From positions 1 through 64,000 of IMG/VR virus record IMGVR_UViG_3300002143_000235: a stretch of DNA of 64,000 nt. One strand, 5' to 3'. The stretch's first letter is position 1, and every line of letters begins with the position of its first letter. The notes under the pieces were generated by a model, which was not told the origin of the DNA, searched no databases, and saw only the letters and a list, made by a program, of their open reading frames with translations. Positions 50,413-59,900 of the stretch are shown here, piece after piece. Both the position numbers and the translations under genes were made by a program.

Positions 50413-50459
50413 AATATCTTTTTTACAAATATGCTAATCATATGTCAACCGAAGAAATA

Positions 50460-50675
50460 TCAACTCATATAATTAGCATGGTTGCTCACAGTAAAACACA
50501 ATTCCAATGCATATATAAATTTTCTTATAACATTATCTTTATTTGCATCACTTACAATTGGTCCACCTTTTCCTTTTTCTGTAAACGACATTGTATAGGA
50601 TCTTCCGTCAAAAGCAATAGTAGCATGTTTAACCATCTCCACTCCATCCTTCAACCCAAAAAAGAAATTGGTCAA
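50460..50675 (-). CDS. hypothetical protein
   Basis: 71 aa ORF co-directional with neighbours. Confidence 0.5.
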   Translation of the reverse strand: MTNFFFGLKDGVEMVKHATIAFDGRSYTMSFTEKGKGGPIVSDANKDNVIRKFIYALELCFTVSNHANYMS

Positions 50676-50713
50676 GCACCAAGCCGTTGAAGTAGTAGAT
50701 TATGTCTATAGTT

Positions 50714-51649
50714 TCAAATGTGTTCGTGTTTATTCATATTTTTTCTTTTAAAGCATTTGTTTTCATAAAATTCAGGCATAAAACGTTTCATCCAACCATT
50801 AACTTTTTGATATGGTTTTTCAATCAATTTAGCAACACTTTGTACCCAACCAGTTTTAGAAAAATCAATATTGCTATTAATAATTTTTTCAATTTTTATT
50901 TTTTCAATTTGATTATATATTTCAGTAACTGCTTTATTATAATCATAGCGTTTACCATATTTAGCTTTTGACTTTTTTATTTCTGTATAAAAATATAATC
51001 GATCATCATAATTTTTCATCTTAGATGTACCTATAAAATCTAAAAATTCAGCAATTTTTAGATTTATATCATCATCATAGCGAATTCTAAAAATTCGCCA
51101 ACCTTGTTCTGTTAAATACAAATCACGTTTTATATCATGTTCTACTCTTTTATTACCATTAATAAAATGACATTTACCGTCTAACTCAACTGCGACTTTT
51201 TCATTTATAAATGCAAAATCAATAAAATATGGAAATACACAATATTCAGATACAACATCATATTTTTTAAATATATCAATAGCTGTAGCCTTATCAAAAA
51301 AAGATGATTCTAAAAAAGACATTTGTCCTAAACTTCTTCTTTCCCAAGCTGTTTTACCAGTACGTTTTTTTAAATAATCAACTCGTTTAATTCGCATTTT
51401 TTCGCGTGTTTCATCGGTAATAATTATTTGTGATCTAAGTTTTTTATAACAATTATTATCACCACATGTTTTATTAAAACTAATTCCACCACGATGTGAA
51501 CATAATTTATTACATATTGTACATTTTGGAATCACAAAATTTTCATATTGCTGATAATATTCCAAAACTGAAATATCATATCTTTTTAAATATTGTGTTA
51601 AAGCTTTAATACTAATTAATTCTTTATTATCTATTTTACAAAATACCAT
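50714..51649 (-). CDS. DUF559/Vsr-like putative homing endonuclease with Zn-finger N-terminus
   Basis: CTIC..TCG..C; YFIDFAF..VAVELDGKCH..HDIKRD..GWRIFRI; adjacent to tRNA cluster. Confidence 0.75.
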   Translation of the reverse strand: MVFCKIDNKELISIKALTQYLKRYDISVLEYYQQYENFVIPKCTICNKLCSHRGGISFNKTCGDNNCYKKLRSQIIITDETREKMRIKRVDYLKKRTGKTAWERRSLGQMSFLESSFFDKATAIDIFKKYDVVSEYCVFPYFIDFAFINEKVAVELDGKCHFINGNKRVEHDIKRDLYLTEQGWRIFRIRYDDDINLKIAEFLDFIGTSKMKNYDDRLYFYTEIKKSKAKYGKRYDYNKAVTEIYNQIEKIKIEKIINSNIDFSKTGWVQSVAKLIEKPYQKVNGWMKRFMPEFYENKCFKRKNMNKHEHI

Positions 51650-51700
51650 GTTTTACTTTTATATATCAAACTTTAATTATCAGTCAATGCCATGATTTTG

Positions 51701-51787
51701 TTATCCAGGTAGGGCTCGAACCTACAGTGGGATTACTCCTCTCTTCCGATTCAAAGTCGGACGTGTTGCCAATTACACCACTGGATA
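51701..51787 (-). tRNA. tRNA-Gln(UUG) with long variable arm
   Basis: TATCCAG/CTGGATA acceptor (U1-A72), TCCGA-CTTTGAA-TCGGA, 19-nt variable region, GTAGG-TTCGAGC-CCTAC. Confidence 0.88.
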
Positions 51788-51840
51788 ATTTAATATTTTT
51801 TATTGTAACACCACGTGATGCCATTTCACTAATCAACAAT

Positions 51841-51870
51841 AAAAAAAGCCGTTCAATTTTGAACGGCTTT
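51841..51870 (-). terminator. attenuator terminator upstream of tRNA-Gln
   Basis: AAAGCCGTTCAA-AA-TTGAACGGCTTTTTTT on minus strand. Confidence 0.85.
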
Positions 51871-51897
51871 AGTAAACTTTAAAGAATACAATACCAT

Positions 51898-51951
51898 TCA
51901 ATCCGAAAATTGTTGCTGTTGAAGTTGTTGGTATGTGCTCATTAATGTCAT
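51898..51951 (-). promoter_or_regulatory. Gln-rich leader peptide MTLMSTYQQLQQQQFSD*
   Basis: 6 Gln codons (5 CAA, 1 CAG) in 7 positions; TTGAATGGT across the stop is complementary to terminator arm GCCGTTCAA. Confidence 0.8.
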
Positions 51952-51961
51952 AATCGTTCTT

Positions 51962-52357
51962 TTAAAAATTATTCTTGTTATTAAATAGCTGATAGTCATA
52001 TGACAAGAATGCATATGTCTTTGCTTTATTATAAATACTAATCCTAGTATCATTTACTTCTTCAATTGTTGGTGATTCTGATAACAGATATCTACTTACC
52101 CAATCTGCTATTGGAATTGCCTGAATATTAAATTGTGCCACACTCCATTCCTGTCTTGTGTAAACTATAGGTGCATCATCCAATCTTCCTTCAAAAAGCA
52201 TGAAAAACTGTCGGTAATCGAAAGAATTATCATACGATGCTGGAAGCGGTGGATTTGAACTAATTTCAGGATAAAAAGTTTTTGAAGTCAAAATCTTTAT
52301 AATCTGTTGTTTATCAGCCAATGTTGCGCCGGTAATTTTAAAATATCTACTAGCCAT
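51962..52357 (-). CDS. hypothetical protein
   Basis: 131 aa ORF. Confidence 0.55.
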   Translation of the reverse strand: MASRYFKITGATLADKQQIIKILTSKTFYPEISSNPPLPASYDNSFDYRQFFMLFEGRLDDAPIVYTRQEWSVAQFNIQAIPIADWVSRYLLSESPTIEEVNDTRISIYNKAKTYAFLSYDYQLFNNKNNF

Positions 52358-52404
52358 CTGTGTTTTTTATTTATTGTTATATATTCATCGTCACAAATGA
52401 TTAA

Positions 52405-52797
52405 TTAAACACTATTACGTTTATCAAATAATTTCTGATTGTGTATTCGTTTTTTCTTATCAATTCTGTTTTGAAAATCTAGTAACAATGGTTCAGGAAT
52501 CTTGATGTTACGTGTAGTAAACTCTTTCAAGATTTCCTCTTCAGTAAAAGACCAATCTGCAATCCCGTCACTCCATTCATTTACCCATAAACCCCAACTC
52601 TTTTTTCCTGTCAATACACCTGTTAAGATATTTGAGTGTCTTGTAACAGGAATCTTTCCAAGTTGGTATTCACCATTTTCAATTTTTCTAAAACAAAATT
52701 TTCCGTCGTCCTCGTTTGGATCGAACTCTATCTTGACAGCAGAACCACAGAATGTACAAATACCTGATCTGTATATTTGAAGAAAGAAAGTGAACAT
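52405..52797 (-). CDS. hypothetical protein
   Basis: 130 aa ORF. Confidence 0.55.
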   Translation of the reverse strand: MFTFFLQIYRSGICTFCGSAVKIEFDPNEDDGKFCFRKIENGEYQLGKIPVTRHSNILTGVLTGKKSWGLWVNEWSDGIADWSFTEEEILKEFTTRNIKIPEPLLLDFQNRIDKKKRIHNQKLFDKRNSV

Positions 52798-52897
52798 CTC
52801 ATTGAAACCATCACTGTATTTCTTTAACTTCCTGTGTGTCCTACTGTCGTTTATGCGTCCAGCCTTTTCATCTCTATCATTTTATTTTTAATTTTTG

Positions 52898-52970
52898 TGG
52901 ATGTAAGGTGATTCGAACACCTATCAACATGACCAATACAGCGGTTATTTTACTATTAAAACTATACACC
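52898..52970 (-). pseudogene. tRNA-like gene with distorted anticodon arm (isotype undetermined)
   Basis: GGGTGTA/TACATCC acceptor, AGGTG-TTCGAAT-CACCT T arm, no canonical 5-bp/7-nt anticodon arm. Confidence 0.6.
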
Positions 52971-52981
52971 CATTTATAATG

Positions 52982-53055
52982 TGGAGAAGATGAGAATCGA
53001 ACTCACCACAAAAATCTTGCAAGGATTCTTCGCCAGCCTTGGTACATGCTTCCCC
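52982..53055 (-). tRNA. tRNA-Ala(UGC)
   Basis: GGGGAAG/CTTCTCC with G3:U70, GAATC-CTTGCAA-GATTT, A73. Confidence 0.85.
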
Positions 53056-53093
53056 AATTTCGGTTTTATTTCACAGACCGAAAACTGTCTCAG

Positions 53094-53167
53094 TGCGAGA
53101 AGTGGGACTCAAACCCACAACTCCTGACTTGGAAGGCCAGTACTCTAATCAATTGAGCTATTCTCGC
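53094..53167 (-). tRNA. tRNA-Gly(UCC)
   Basis: GCGAGAA/TTCTCGC, CTGGC-CTTCCAA-GTCAG, GTGGG-TTTGAGT-CCCAC. Confidence 0.9.
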
Positions 53168-53238
53168 AATTTCAATAAACCTCTTTTTGTCTCAATAAAC
53201 TTTAACACTTTATCGTTACAATTTTTACTTTATTGTTG

Positions 53239-53311
53239 TACACCCTGCAGGATTCGAACCTGCGACATCTTCCATGTAAAAGAAGCGCTCTACCAACTGA
53301 GCTAAGGATGC
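53239..53311 (-). tRNA. tRNA-Val(UAC)
   Basis: GCATCCT/AGGGTGT, CTTCT-TTTACAT-GGAAG, GCAGG-TTCGAAT-CCTGC. Confidence 0.92.
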
Positions 53312-53321
53312 ATATCTTTTG

Positions 53322-53392
53322 TACTCTTTGAAGGAATCGAACCTTCTCCCTTAGCATGTCGAGCTAGTATTCTACCGTTAAACCAAAAGAGC
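53322..53392 (-). tRNA. tRNA-Val(GAC), atypical C33
   Basis: GCTCTTT/AAAGAGT, TAGC-TCGACAT-GCTA, GAAGG-TTCGATT-CCTTC. Confidence 0.75.
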
Positions 53393-53400
53393 ATAAAATG

Positions 53401-53428
53401 AAAAAGTCCGGCGGGTTGGCCAGACTTT
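53401..53428 (-). terminator. attenuator terminator upstream of tRNA array
   Basis: AAAGTCTGGC-CAACCC-GCCGGACTTTTT on minus strand, 8 nt before tRNA-Val. Confidence 0.75.
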
Positions 53429-53448
53429 CAAATGTTATTATTTAAATT

Positions 53449-53532
53449 TTAACATAGAATGATCTGGCTGGGAAGTCTCCCGGCTTGGCCTTGCACCGCT
53501 TGTGCTACTACTATGTTAAAAATTGTTTTCAT
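53449..53532 (-). promoter_or_regulatory. leader peptide MKTIFNIVVAQAVQGQAGRLPSQIILC*
   Basis: 11 consecutive codons are all Val/Ala/Gln/Gly; GCCAGAT can pair with terminator arm GTCTGGC; promoter TATATTTG at 53585. Confidence 0.7.
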
Positions 53533-53642
53533 GTTTATTATATTGTATATATCAAGAAAGTTTGTTCCTTCTATCAATTTTTTACAAATATACGTCTTAT
53601 TTTTTAATTAACGAAATATATTTGCATTTTTTTATTAATTAA

Positions 53643-54200
53643 TCATGATACGACCCATGCATTTCCATATGTCTTGCATATAGCTCGGCATCGTTCTAAA
53701 AATTCATTAAACTCCTCATCAGAATTAAATTCTTCAGAATTATCAAAAGCATCAGAAAAATGTCGTGACAATACGTTATTGGCCCAATCGTAATCTTTAC
53801 CTTCAGCAATGTGCATATCTATATCAATTACACCATCATATTGAAGTGCCACCACTTTAGCCAACAATAGACTTAATTCATAGGCATCTGTTACTAATCC
53901 TGTCTGTGCTGATTTTGCAGGTGACATAACTTTAAAAGATTCATTCATCCATTTTTCTTTTGGATTTTTGATATCAAGTTTATCAAGTTCTTTTTCAGTT
54001 ACAACTTTGTAATTTTTATCACCATCGAAATCTTTTAATGCATCTTTTGCATCATTTTTAAATTCCCATCCTGATTCAACTTTCTTTTTAGAAATATTAA
54101 CTACAAAGAATTTATAAGCTTCAACGTCTTTCTTGTATTGTTTATCAGCCTTCTTTCCTTCATTTATGAATTGCTTAAACTGATTAAATTCTGTTATCAT
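53643..54200 (-). CDS. putative head-internal two-module protein (true start 54200)
   Basis: MITEFNQFKQFINEG; internal WMNES; TATATAA at 54223. Confidence 0.7.
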   Translation of the reverse strand: MITEFNQFKQFINEGKKADKQYKKDVEAYKFFVVNISKKKVESGWEFKNDAKDALKDFDGDKNYKVVTEKELDKLDIKNPKEKWMNESFKVMSPAKSAQTGLVTDAYELSLLLAKVVALQYDGVIDIDMHIAEGKDYDWANNVLSRHFSDAFDNSEEFNSDEEFNEFLERCRAICKTYGNAWVVS

Positions 54201-54237
54201 ATAGTTTATTGGTATCTTTTTTATTATATAGTATTTA

Positions 54238-55242
54238 TCAGAAATAAGTACGTGGTTCGATGATGATTCCAAGCTTTGGAATAGATTTTGTCTTCTCCTT
54301 GCTGTAGAAATTGAATTTAACAATCGGTCCCATGAAATGAAATTCTGCACCGTCTTCAAGATTAAATGCATCAATCAATTGTTTGTACTCTTCATTCGCG
54401 ATCTTTGGTGAAATAATAAATCTATCACCTGGTTTAAGTTCCATTGGTTTTAATGTATTTTCAAACTCAAGACTGAATTTTCTTGAACTTCCTTTTTCAT
54501 CAATAACAAGACGACGAATTTTCTTTTTCTTTGGACCTTCAGGATAGTTAACCAAAATCTCCATACCATCATAAATCACAAATTCTTTATTCGGTACAAG
54601 TTTCTTTAATTCCATTGGAATAGCTGTTGGTGAATATATAGCAGCTTTTGGTTGATTTTTGTTTTCTTCAGCATTTAATTCTTTTTCTGCTGGTGTTAAC
54701 ATTGTGTCTGGATTATTCTTAAGATTAACAGCAGGGTAAAGTTTTGCAAACTCAATATCAGTAATATCTAAATCAATAATTGTATTCTTACGTTTACGAT
54801 CATCAAATGATAAAACATTCATATCAATATCACGAAGCTGCTTGAGTTCCTTTGCATCATGCGCAAGTATTTTATTATAAATATCTCGGTTACTAAATGA
54901 AAAAGGATAAAGTAATAATGTTACCACTGTCTGATTCACAACAAGTGCAACATAAACATTACCAACACTCTTATCAATTTGAATTTCTGCTTGAATTAAT
55001 CTACCACCTTGACGAAAATAAAGATTTCCAAATGTTATAGCTATCGGTGAAATGGCTGTTGCTGTCTTATCTAATATATTCAATCCATAATGATACATTG
55101 CCTTACGGAAACGGTACTCAGCTTTTTGTGGATCATCCAACTTATTTAAAATTACTGCGTTACGTATTCTAAGACTAAAACGGTTATCACTATCATATGC
55201 ATAATGCTTAGAGAAGAAGAATTCGTTAATGGATGTAATCAT
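54238..55242 (-). CDS. leader-family protein (likely start 55242)
   Basis: MITSINEFFFS. Confidence 0.65.
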   Translation of the reverse strand: MITSINEFFFSKHYAYDSDNRFSLRIRNAVILNKLDDPQKAEYRFRKAMYHYGLNILDKTATAISPIAITFGNLYFRQGGRLIQAEIQIDKSVGNVYVALVVNQTVVTLLLYPFSFSNRDIYNKILAHDAKELKQLRDIDMNVLSFDDRKRKNTIIDLDITDIEFAKLYPAVNLKNNPDTMLTPAEKELNAEENKNQPKAAIYSPTAIPMELKKLVPNKEFVIYDGMEILVNYPEGPKKKKIRRLVIDEKGSSRKFSLEFENTLKPMELKPGDRFIISPKIANEEYKQLIDAFNLEDGAEFHFMGPIVKFNFYSKEKTKSIPKLGIIIEPRTYF

Positions 55243-55316
55243 TTCTTTATTTTGATACAAATTTGTATAATTGCTAACAAGGGTTCGTTAAAACTCTGCA
55301 CAGTTATATATAGATT

Positions 55317-55604
55317 ATGGATAATAAATTAATAGAAGCATTTGATGCTTTCATGAGACAACAGGCTAAACGTGTAGAACGATTTGACAATGACAATGCA
55401 ATTATCTACAATATCTACAAATCGTTATTTAAAAACGACACGGACGATGAACAAAAATTACTTAATATTACTGAGGAGTTTGTTGAATTAGATATAATTG
55501 TTCATATTCCAGCAATGATTCTTACAGAAGACGGTACATATTACCCTGGTGAAGATAATTATGATCCAAATATTGAATTCTTTTCTGTCATGATTTCAAA
55601 ATAA
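55317..55604 (+). CDS. hypothetical acidic protein
   Basis: 95 aa; promoter motif at 55304. Confidence 0.6.
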   Translation: MDNKLIEAFDAFMRQQAKRVERFDNDNAIIYNIYKSLFKNDTDDEQKLLNITEEFVELDIIVHIPAMILTEDGTYYPGEDNYDPNIEFFSVMISK

Positions 55605-56817
55605 GACGTTCAAGACAATTATCAAATATTTGTTTGACTTCATTATAATACTTCTCTTGAACAATAACACTATCATGTACAGTAATAAATTTTACATGTG
55701 GTAGTTTAAACATTAATTCAGGTACAACAGTTCGGTACATAAATTCCGACTCTAATCTTTGGAGTTGTTGGGCAATTACTTTGTAGTTGCCCTGTTCTCG
55801 TTTAAAATCACTTATCCATTTATAAACATTTGGATAAAGTGAATTAAATAATTGATTCCAGTAACCTTTATTCATATTTCTACCAAATAATACTGAATAA
55901 GTATTTACCTTTACTTCTTTGCGTGTGAATTCATTATTTGCTGCATCTTTCAATCGCTCATAAATTTTACCACTAAGTACATCTTTATCAAATGAATCAA
56001 AATCAGTAAATTTATGCTGTTGCATAAGTAAATACAGAAAAAATGGTTGCGAATTACTGATGTCAATCTCCTTAAGTGGTTCTCCATCAATTGATAAAAA
56101 TCGTGATCGAATTTCGCGTTTCAACACTGTATAATTTGTATGAAATCTTCCATAGATATCAAAACTATGATAGATGTCCTTTGATGTAATTTTAGCACAA
56201 GTAGTTGAATTAACAAACATTGCCCGCTGATCTGTTTTCATGTTTTCACGCAACCAGTTTATTGCACCAGTATGATCAAGCTCAACAGTATACAAATCAG
56301 ATACAAGTTTGTTTTTTACACGCTCATCTACCTGATCGAATGTTGATCTAATATTTTCCATTTTAGATACAATCTGATTTGCTATCTCAACACCAGTTGT
56401 CATATATTCTAAATCCTTTGCTATCTCAGTTAGTTTATATGTTTTACTTCTATTACCAGCACTATAATTTTTAGACATGTAAATAAATCCACCTTCCATC
56501 AAATATTCAATATAACGCAAATAATAACCGCCATACAACCACTTCATTATTTTTGAACTGAGCTTCATAGAGTCCTTGTTAAACATCACATATTTTGAGA
56601 TAAACATGTCAATGATATTTATCAGATGAGCTGTTTTGAGTCGATTACCACGAAAGACAATTGTCTTTGCAGTATAGAGCTCATCAAACATGGGGCTTAT
56701 GTACTTTATTTGTCGCATTCTGCTATTCATACTGAATGCTGACAAGTTTGTTTGAAAGGGTTGAAGAAAAAACTGTACATTTTTGTGCCACATATGTATT
56801 ATAAGCACATAGTGCAT
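55588..56817 (-). CDS. family-A polymerase-like palm protein without exonuclease (start uncertain)
   Basis: GRFHT, motif A EIDISNSQP, motif B RKEVK..VLFG, LQRLES, motif C TVHDS. Confidence 0.6.
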   Translation of the reverse strand: MHYVLIIHMWHKNVQFFLQPFQTNLSAFSMNSRMRQIKYISPMFDELYTAKTIVFRGNRLKTAHLINIIDMFISKYVMFNKDSMKLSSKIMKWLYGGYYLRYIEYLMEGGFIYMSKNYSAGNRSKTYKLTEIAKDLEYMTTGVEIANQIVSKMENIRSTFDQVDERVKNKLVSDLYTVELDHTGAINWLRENMKTDQRAMFVNSTTCAKITSKDIYHSFDIYGRFHTNYTVLKREIRSRFLSIDGEPLKEIDISNSQPFFLYLLMQQHKFTDFDSFDKDVLSGKIYERLKDAANNEFTRKEVKVNTYSVLFGRNMNKGYWNQLFNSLYPNVYKWISDFKREQGNYKVIAQQLQRLESEFMYRTVVPELMFKLPHVKFITVHDSVIVQEKYYNEVKQIFDNCLERLILKS

Positions 56818-56930
56818 ATGTGTGTATGTGTGTAAATAATTTTACAATAAATATTTTTATTAAACATTTTAATTTTTTGCAAATAAAAGAACATATATAA
56901 GCATGAAAAATTTATCGGCAATCAACTAAA

Positions 56931-59900
56931 ATGGCAAAGGAAAAAAGCATTGAAGATGTTTACAAAAAACTCTCACAGGAAGAACACGTATTAGTAAGAC
57001 CTGATACCTATGTAGGTTCAGTAATACCACAAGAAAAAATGATGTGGTGCTACGAAAACGATGCAATTATAAAAAGAAACGTGCGGTATATTCCAGCATT
57101 TTTAAAATTATTTGATGAGATTCTTACAAATGCTTCTGACCATGTACAACGTGGTGGAAAAGTAAAAAATATTAAGGTAAACATTACAGATGATTGGAAA
57201 ATCACCGTATGGAATGATGGAACGGGTATTCCTGTTGTTTTACATAAAGAACACAATGTCTATATTCCTGAATTAATTTTTGGTCACTTATTAACTGGAT
57301 CTAATTATGATGATGATGATGAGCGTTTTGGTGCGGGTCGTAATGGTCTTGGATCTAAACTTGTATCAATATTCTCAAAAGAATTTGTTATTGATTGTGC
57401 AGACGGAAAGAAACATTACTTTCAAACATTTAGTAACAACCTTGCTATCAAATCTGTGCCTGAAATAAAAGCAAGTAAACAATCATATACATCTATTTCA
57501 TATCTAACTGATTTTGATCGTTTACCAATCAAGGGATTGGAACGTGACACACTTGCACTTTGTATGAAACGTATGCTTGATATTGCTGTATACAATCCTA
57601 CAGTTAATGTGTATTTCAATGATGAATTGATTAAAATTAATAATCTTGCAGACTGGTGTCAGATGCACATCGATAATGATGACGAATTGTTTTTAGAGAC
57701 TGTAAATGATAGATGGTCAATTGGTCTTGCTCAATCTAAATCAGATGTGTTTGATCACTGTTCTATTGTTAATGGTAACACGACATGGCAAGGGGGAACA
57801 CATGTTGATGCTATTATGAATCAAGTTGTAAAGAAACTTGTTGAAGACCTTACAAAAGGAAATAAAGGTATCAAGATTAAACCAGTTGATGTAAAAAATA
57901 AGTTTCATTTATTTTTGGTTTGTAAAGTAGCAAACCCAACTTTTGATACACAAACAAAAGAAAACTTAACTATCAAGATTCAGGATAAATTTGAACTTTC
58001 TGAGAAGTTGTACAAACAACTCATGAAGTCAGAAATTATTAAATCTATTATTGAGTGGGTTCAATTACGTGAACAGGCTGAATTAAACAAACTGAATAAA
58101 AAATCTGCTGGTAAGACAGTACGTATTGAAAAACTTGTTGATGCACACAAAGCAGGAACAAATGAAGGTCACAAATGTTCAATTATTTTAGCTGAAGGTG
58201 ACTCAGCTCTTCAATCTGTACTTTCAGGTTTATCTGTTGTTGGTCGTGATTATTTTGGTGTCTTTCCACTCAAGGGTAAAGTATTGAATGTTCGTGATGT
58301 TAAAATAAGTCGTATAACAGACAACGAAGAAATTAGAAAGATCTTACAATTTATTGGACTTGTTCCAGGTAAAAAATATGAATCACTAAGTGAACTTCGT
58401 TATGGACGTGTTATATTCATGACGGATGCCGATGTCGATGGAACTTCAATTAAAGGACTACTTATCAACTTCATTCATAATTTTTGGCCGGAGCTTCTTG
58501 AGCTTGGATTCTGTTTTGAGTTCATTACACCGATCGTGGTTGCACGAAAAGCAAAACTAGTAAAAGAATACTACAACTTATCAAACTATCACACAGACAA
58601 AGAAAATGGTAAACTGAACGGCTACACGATTAAATATTATAAAGGTCTTGGAACAATTAAAGGTGAAGAGATTAAAATCATGTTCAAGGATTTGAACAAA
58701 CACCTTATTCCGTTTGAATACAATGCAATTCGTGACAATGATAAAATTGACATGGTATTTAGAAAAGATCGTGCAAACGATCGTCGTGAATGGTTGCTTG
58801 GTTACAAAGGTGAGATCATTCCAGACAAGTTTGGAAAATCAAATCGCATTGATGAATTTATCGATACAGAATTCATTCAGTTCTCGAATGCTGATAACAT
58901 TCGTTCTATTCCAGGAATGATTGATGGATTTAAACCATCACAACGTAAGATCATGTTTGCAGCTTTTAAGAAGCTTGGACATACAGAGCGAGATGAAATC
59001 AAGGTAGCACAATTTGGTGCTTACACAGCTGAGGTGAGTAGTTACCATCACGGTGAGGTATCATTGATGCAAGCAATTGTTGGAATGGCACAGGATTTTG
59101 TAGGAGCAAACAATCTTTCACTATTAATGCCATCTGGTCAATTTGGAACAAGAACAAATCCAAGTGCAAGTGCAAGTCCTCGTTATATTTTTACATACTT
59201 GAATCCGTTAACACGTTACATATTCAGAAAAGAAGATGATTCAATCTTGAATTACCTCAATGAAGATGGTCAGAATATTGAACCAGAATTTTATCTTCCT
59301 ATTATTCCAATGCTTTTGGTTAATGGTGCAGCAGGGATTGGTACAGGGTGGTCAACAGACATTCCAAAATACGATCCAATGGATCTCATCGAAATTGTAA
59401 AACGTAAACTTGTTAAGGAAAACTTAAAATATCAAGTTAGTCCATCATATAAAGGTTGGAAAGGTGAATTAGATTGGAATGAAGAAAAAAATAGTTATAC
59501 ATCAAAAGGAATATTTAAAACATCTAAGAAAGGTGTAATTGTTACAGAATTACCGATTGATATATCAACTGACAAATTCATCGCAACACTTGACAAATTA
59601 GTTGATGAAAAAAAGATTAAATCATATATTGATAACTCTACAGATACAACAGTTAATGTCGAGGTTGTTTTAAATGGTGTGAGCAAAGATGTTGCAGGGT
59701 TGCTAAAATTAAGTAACAGTATCTCAATGAATAACATGAACACTTTCTTGGATAACAAGATTGTGAAGTGGACAACAACTGAAGACATGATTAACACATG
59801 GATTGATATCAGACTTAGTTGGTACGAAAAGCGTAAGATTCAATGGATGAGTGTTTTGGAACAACAGTTTGATCGTTACGATAATTTGCTTGGATTTATC

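Noticed and set aside
53000-53030. tRNA-Cys(GCA) reading of 52982-53055
   Set aside because: Stem register places TGC in the anticodon and G3:U70 marks Ala identity.
53039-53305. 88-aa plus-strand ORF
   Set aside because: Antisense shadow of tRNA genes.
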